A stretch of 64,000 nucleotides of DNA from NCBI GenBank assembly GCA_026129095.1, contig JAHCIT010000001.1:496245-560244 (forward strand). The letters run 5' to 3'. Of this stretch, positions 59,603 to 64,000 are shown piece by piece (positions within the stretch are counted from its first letter, which is position 1; each line of letters begins with the position of its first letter). Below the pieces are notes generated by a model that was not told where the DNA came from, made no database searches, and saw only the letters and a program-made list of their open reading frames with translations. Origin of the DNA: Deltaproteobacteria bacterium. GTDB taxonomy: Bacteria; JAGRBM01; JAHCIT01. Made by a program: the position numbers and the translations under genes.

Positions 59603-61078
59603 ATGGGACTGGAACCCAGACGTTTGACGCAACGCATACCATCTGATGAAGCCCCCAGACGGGCTATCTTCTTTCTGGCCGACGGTGCCCGGCCGGATGC
59701 CATGGAAGCGCTCGCCCGGGCCGGACGGCTCCCTGCCATCCGCGAACTGATGTTCGAGAAGGGTTCGTCCGACCCCGCCGTATCCGTCTTTCCCTCGACG
59801 ACGGGCCCCGCGTATCTGCCTTTCGTTACAGGCTGTTACCCCGGAACCTGCAACCTGCCGGGAATCCGCTGGTTCGACCGCAAGAACTACAGCACCCAAA
59901 GGCTGAGCATGCAGCGGACCCGAAGTTATGTGGGCGCGGGAGCCGCGCTTCTCATCGGCGATCTGGACAAGAACGTCAAAACGATGTTCGAGATGATCCC
60001 GCGGTCGCTCAACATCTACAATCACGTGAACCGGGGCATTCCACGCTCACGCCAGCGCGGGAACGGGTCGGGCATCGCCATGATTATCGCCCACCTGACG
60101 GAAAACTATGATCCCGTCACACGGATCGTCATGAATGGCCTTAAACGCTCTCTGGTGGAGGATTTCGAATTCCTGTTTGTGGCATTTCCCGGCATTGATG
60201 GCGCCGGCCATAACTCCGATCCGTTTTCCGAGTGGACACTGAAGGAGTATGAAACCATCGATCGCGCGGTCGAAATGACCTATGAGATCCTAAACCGCTA
60301 CGGACTGTGGGAAACGACCGACTTCGTGATTTCAGCCGACCACGGCATGACTGCCACTCACTCACACTTTGACCTGGACCGTTTCGTTTCCAAGCTCGGC
60401 CACCGCAACTACTACTACCCGGTCGGTTACCGCTACTGGTCAAACGCCACGGCAGCTTCGATGGTATCGGGCAATTCCATGGCAAATCTCTATTTTGCAC
60501 ATCCCAAGGGTGGCTGGGACCGGAAACCCATTTTCGAGGAACTCGCAAACGGTATGTTCGGCGGTGTGGTGGACAAGTTGCTCGACGCGCCAGCGGTAGA
60601 CCTTGTGGCTGGCCCAGATGCCGAAGGGGTCCGCGTCCGGAGTCGCCGCGGCGAGGCGTGGGTACGGGCCGTGGAAGACGGCAGGATACTCTACCATGTG
60701 ACGCATGGTTCCGATCCATTTGGCTATACCACGCATCCCCGCGAGTGCACCGCCGACGAGAGCCTTGCGGTGACATACCAAAGCGAATACCCGGATGCGC
60801 CGGTCCAGCTCCTCCAGTTCTTCCGGTCACAGCGGGCCGGCGATCTGGTTGTGTCCGCCACCAACGGCCATGACCTCAGGGTGCGATTCGAATACCCCGA
60901 ACACAAGGCAAGTCATGGCGGTTTTGCTCGTGAGCACATGATGGTTCCATTTTTATCGAACCGGAAACTGAACGGCGGGCCCCGGCGAACCGTGGACTAC
61001 GCCCCAACAGCGCTCAGCTTCCTGGGTCGAGAGGTTCCGGCCGGCATTGATGGGCGTATGATTGAAAGTCGCGAATAA
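59603..61078 (+). CDS. Alkaline phosphatase superfamily / nucleotide pyrophosphatase
   Basis: DGARPD, FPSTTGP, DGAGH, SADHG, SHGG. Confidence 0.88.
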   Translation: MGLEPRRLTQRIPSDEAPRRAIFFLADGARPDAMEALARAGRLPAIRELMFEKGSSDPAVSVFPSTTGPAYLPFVTGCYPGTCNLPGIRWFDRKNYSTQRLSMQRTRSYVGAGAALLIGDLDKNVKTMFEMIPRSLNIYNHVNRGIPRSRQRGNGSGIAMIIAHLTENYDPVTRIVMNGLKRSLVEDFEFLFVAFPGIDGAGHNSDPFSEWTLKEYETIDRAVEMTYEILNRYGLWETTDFVISADHGMTATHSHFDLDRFVSKLGHRNYYYPVGYRYWSNATAASMVSGNSMANLYFAHPKGGWDRKPIFEELANGMFGGVVDKLLDAPAVDLVAGPDAEGVRVRSRRGEAWVRAVEDGRILYHVTHGSDPFGYTTHPRECTADESLAVTYQSEYPDAPVQLLQFFRSQRAGDLVVSATNGHDLRVRFEYPEHKASHGGFAREHMMVPFLSNRKLNGGPRRTVDYAPTALSFLGREVPAGIDGRMIESRE

Positions 61079-61134
61079 GCCAGTTTACCCGGCCCGATGG
61101 GCAGGTAATCAATCAAGCAGACGGGGATTCACTA

Positions 61135-62151
61135 ATGGGATCGACAGGAACCATATCGTTCAGCGACCGGATGAAGGCTCTCGCCAAATGGGCGGACCTC
61201 AAGATGAACCCTCGCCCCAAGCATGTGAATCTTGAGGTGACAAAGAAGTGTAACGCCCGCTGCACCTTCTGTTTTTACTGGCAAACGAAAGACGAGACAG
61301 TACTGGATAGCTACGCCGCCATCGTCAGAAAGTTTGATCCGATCATTGTCACGATTTCGGGTGGAGAGCCGACTCTCAGGCAGGACCTGCCGCAACTGGT
61401 CCGGGGCATGAAGGATGCCGTGGATTTCGTTTACATATCAATGGTGAATAACGGCTCCTTGCTGACGAAAGAAAAAGCGAAAGAGCTTCACGCTGCTGGC
61501 CTGAATCAGATCAATTTCTCGCTCGATTTTCCAGACGAACGGCATGATGTTTATCGTGGCATGAAAGGAAACTTCGATCGGATCGTTGGCCTCGTCAGGG
61601 ATATTCAGGATATCGGCTTTGACCGCATCAATTTCAACACCTTCATCATGCGTGACAACCTGCACGATGTCGTCGATATCGCCAAGCTGGCTTACGACCT
61701 CCGGATTGGTGCAAGTTATTCATGCTATTCGTCCCTGAAAACAGACAAGGACGAATACATGATACCGCCGGATGAAATCACTGATGTCCATCGCGTAGTG
61801 AACGAACTTGTCAATCTCAAGCACAAATACGGCCATATCCGGAATTCGGATTACTATCTTCTCAACATTCCGGATTACTTTGTCCGGGGCGCCAAGGATG
61901 GCTGCCGGGCCGGCAAGGACTGGGTGCATGTGACTGCCGAAGGCTACATCCAGCCCTGCTCGGAATTGCCGATCAAGGCCCACTACACCGAATTCACCGA
62001 AAGCACGATTACCGAGAACGACATCTGTGACAAGTGCTGGTTTGCCTGCCGTGGCGAGAGCCAGGCCCCGCTCAATCTTGCCCGGATTGGTGAAGTAGTC
62101 CGAAAGCCCGCCTACGAGCTGCCGTTCGAGAGTTCGCTGGACCTCGCCTGA
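61135..62151 (+). CDS. Radical SAM protein with SPASM/twitch-like C-terminus
   Basis: CNARCTFC, SGGEP, CRAG...PC...CDKCWFAC. Confidence 0.9.
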   Translation: MGSTGTISFSDRMKALAKWADLKMNPRPKHVNLEVTKKCNARCTFCFYWQTKDETVLDSYAAIVRKFDPIIVTISGGEPTLRQDLPQLVRGMKDAVDFVYISMVNNGSLLTKEKAKELHAAGLNQINFSLDFPDERHDVYRGMKGNFDRIVGLVRDIQDIGFDRINFNTFIMRDNLHDVVDIAKLAYDLRIGASYSCYSSLKTDKDEYMIPPDEITDVHRVVNELVNLKHKYGHIRNSDYYLLNIPDYFVRGAKDGCRAGKDWVHVTAEGYIQPCSELPIKAHYTEFTESTITENDICDKCWFACRGESQAPLNLARIGEVVRKPAYELPFESSLDLA

Positions 62152-62247
62152 TACGCCCCCTTGCCCATTCCTCCTCCCGGCGTCTAGACCCGTACGGTGT
62201 GGAAAATACCTTTGTCCGCACACTGCACATCTGGAACCGGGAGTATC

Positions 62248-63030
62248 ATGAGCTACGAAAATATCCTCTTCGAAACAGCCGGGCCCATTGGCAGGCTCAC
62301 CGTGAACCGGCCGAAATTACTGAACGCACTGAATCGGCGTACCCTCTCCGAAATCGCCGACTGTGCAAAAGCAGCCGCCCAAGACCGGTCACTCCGGGCA
62401 CTGATCGTCACCGGTGCAGGTGAGAAAGCATTTGTCGCCGGAGCAGATATTTCCGAGATGACCGATTTTCCCCGGGAGGCGGCACTCGAATTTTCCCGTG
62501 ACGGGCACCGGGCAATGGATGCCATAGCGGCAATCCCTTTTCCGGTCATCGCCCAGGTAAACGGCTTCGCACTCGGGGGCGGCCTGGAACTGGCTCTAGC
62601 CTGTGACGTCATTTTTGCTGCCGACACGGCAAAGCTGGGGTTACCGGAAGTGACACTTGGCCTGCTGCCGGGCTTTGGCGGAACGCAGCGGCTTTCCCGC
62701 CGGGTTGGGCCAGGGAAAGCCCGTGAACTCACCTATTCCGGTGAACACATACCAGCCACCGAAGCGCTTCGGATACATCTTGTAGATCGCGTGTATCCGG
62801 CAGCCGAACTCGGCGATGCCTGTACAAAATGGGCAGAACTGGTTGCCACGCGTGGACCTTGTGGAATTGCCCTGGCCAAGGAGGCAATCGAGACCGGTTC
62901 CGGGCTCACACTGGCAGATGGCCTGAGGATCGAACAGCACCTGTTTTCAACTGCTTTCACCACACAGGACATGCGCGAAGGAACACAAGCCTTCCTCGCC
63001 AAGCGCAAGGCCGATTTCAAAGGGAACTGA
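62248..63030 (+). CDS. crt: Enoyl-CoA hydratase (crotonase)
   Basis: KAFVAGADI, GFALGGGLELALACD, PEV, PGFGGTQRL. Confidence 0.92.
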   Translation: MSYENILFETAGPIGRLTVNRPKLLNALNRRTLSEIADCAKAAAQDRSLRALIVTGAGEKAFVAGADISEMTDFPREAALEFSRDGHRAMDAIAAIPFPVIAQVNGFALGGGLELALACDVIFAADTAKLGLPEVTLGLLPGFGGTQRLSRRVGPGKARELTYSGEHIPATEALRIHLVDRVYPAAELGDACTKWAELVATRGPCGIALAKEAIETGSGLTLADGLRIEQHLFSTAFTTQDMREGTQAFLAKRKADFKGN

Positions 63031-63033
63031 TCC

Positions 63034-64000
63034 ATGGATTTTGCCCTTTCCGGAACGCATCGCCTTCTCCAGCAGGCGGCCCGCGAGTTTGCTCAAAAGG
63101 AACTGGCACCACTGGCCGAGAAGGTGGATCGAGAACACTACTTTCCTGTTGAAAGCGTGAAAAAGCTTGGTGAGATGGGTTTTATGGGTGTTTTTGTTCC
63201 GGAAAAGCTTGGCGGCGCCGGAATGGACTTTCTTTCCTACGTTATTGTGATGGAGGAAGTCGCCGCCGCCTGTGCAGCGACTTCTGTCATCGTCAGTGTG
63301 AATAATTCTCTCGTTTGTGCCGGCTTGCTTCAGTTCGGAACCGAATCACAGAAGCGTGACCTCCTTGTGCCGCTTGCATCCGGAAAGCAGCTCGGCTGCT
63401 ACTGTCTATCGGAGCCAGACACGGGATCAGACGCGGCCGCCCAGCGTACCCGCGCCACCAGGAATGGCAGCGGGTGGATAATTGAAGGTGCCAAAAATTT
63501 CATCTCCAGTGCATTGCATGCCGACTGGGCTATTGTCTTTGCCATGACCGAGCCGGACAGGGGTTCCAAGGGTATCACGGCATTTCTGGTCGATACGAAA
63601 TCACCGGGTTTTGAAGTCGGAAAGGCGGAGATGAAACTTGGTATCTGTGGATCGGCCACGTCACAAATTACACTGAATGGCGTCAGAGTCCCGGAGGCCA
63701 ACGTACTCGGCGAGGTGAACGGCGGGTTTAAAATTGCAATGACGTTGCTTGAATCGGGACGAATCGGCATAGCGGCCCAGGCACTCGGCATTGGACGGGC
63801 GGCTTATGAGGCGGCCGTGAAATATTCAAAAGAACGTGTCGCCTTCGGCAAGCCGATCAGCGCCAACCAGGGTATCCAGTGGTATTTGTGCGACATGGCC
63901 GTAAGGCTCGAGAACTCACGCAATCTCATCTGCAAGGCCGCCTGGCTGAAGGAAACCGGCCAGCCATTTGGCAAGGAGGCCGCGATGGCGAAACTGTACG
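63034..64000 (+). CDS. Acyl-CoA dehydrogenase (3' end beyond the window)
   Basis: Own translation: MDFALSGTHRLLQQAAREFAQKEL..., CLSEPDTGSDA, GRIGIAAQALG, ERVAFGKPI. Confidence 0.93.
   Translation, partial: MDFALSGTHRLLQQAAREFAQKELAPLAEKVDREHYFPVESVKKLGEMGFMGVFVPEKLGGAGMDFLSYVIVMEEVAAACAATSVIVSVNNSLVCAGLLQFGTESQKRDLLVPLASGKQLGCYCLSEPDTGSDAAAQRTRATRNGSGWIIEGAKNFISSALHADWAIVFAMTEPDRGSKGITAFLVDTKSPGFEVGKAEMKLGICGSATSQITLNGVRVPEANVLGEVNGGFKIAMTLLESGRIGIAAQALGIGRAAYEAAVKYSKERVAFGKPISANQGIQWYLCDMAVRLENSRNLICKAAWLKETGQPFGKEAAMAKLY

Overview
The window has two parts. Bases 1-~9657 are a visibly GC-richer, rearranged Mu-like (transposable) prophage remnant. On the minus strand it carries the tail module: 5'-truncated gp43, gp44-gp48, a beta-propeller tail fibre and two small ORFs. 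This module is fused head-to-head at ~6375 to a plus-strand, 5'-truncated portal (gp29) and a long MuF/gp30 with a C-terminal PBECR-like RNase domain. Immediately after MuF lies a compact ~98-nt structured element: an 11-bp closing stem, three hairpins and complementary loops. No normal-sized immunity gene follows, so the best candidate for a new system is a phage-encoded MuF toxin paired with an RNA antitoxin. A Mu-type end follows (three transposase-site-like repeats, 10-bp-phased TCCCG repeats, terminal CA), and it supplies the stop codon of the neighbouring host SDR gene. Bases ~9658-64000 are host chromosome, probably of a deltaproteobacterium-like organism (inferred from gene content). 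Genes include mobB, MltD, mutS2 coupled to an orphan type III Mod-like methyltransferase and dcd, three tandem alpha/beta-hydrolases (one lacking the catalytic Ser), rnd, MMPL, ybeY, mazG, fused ahbAB, gltA, purD, an Irr-like Fur regulator flanked by two ICE-like palindromes, and beta-oxidation genes. All family calls are from motif recognition, not database searches; many start codons are estimates.
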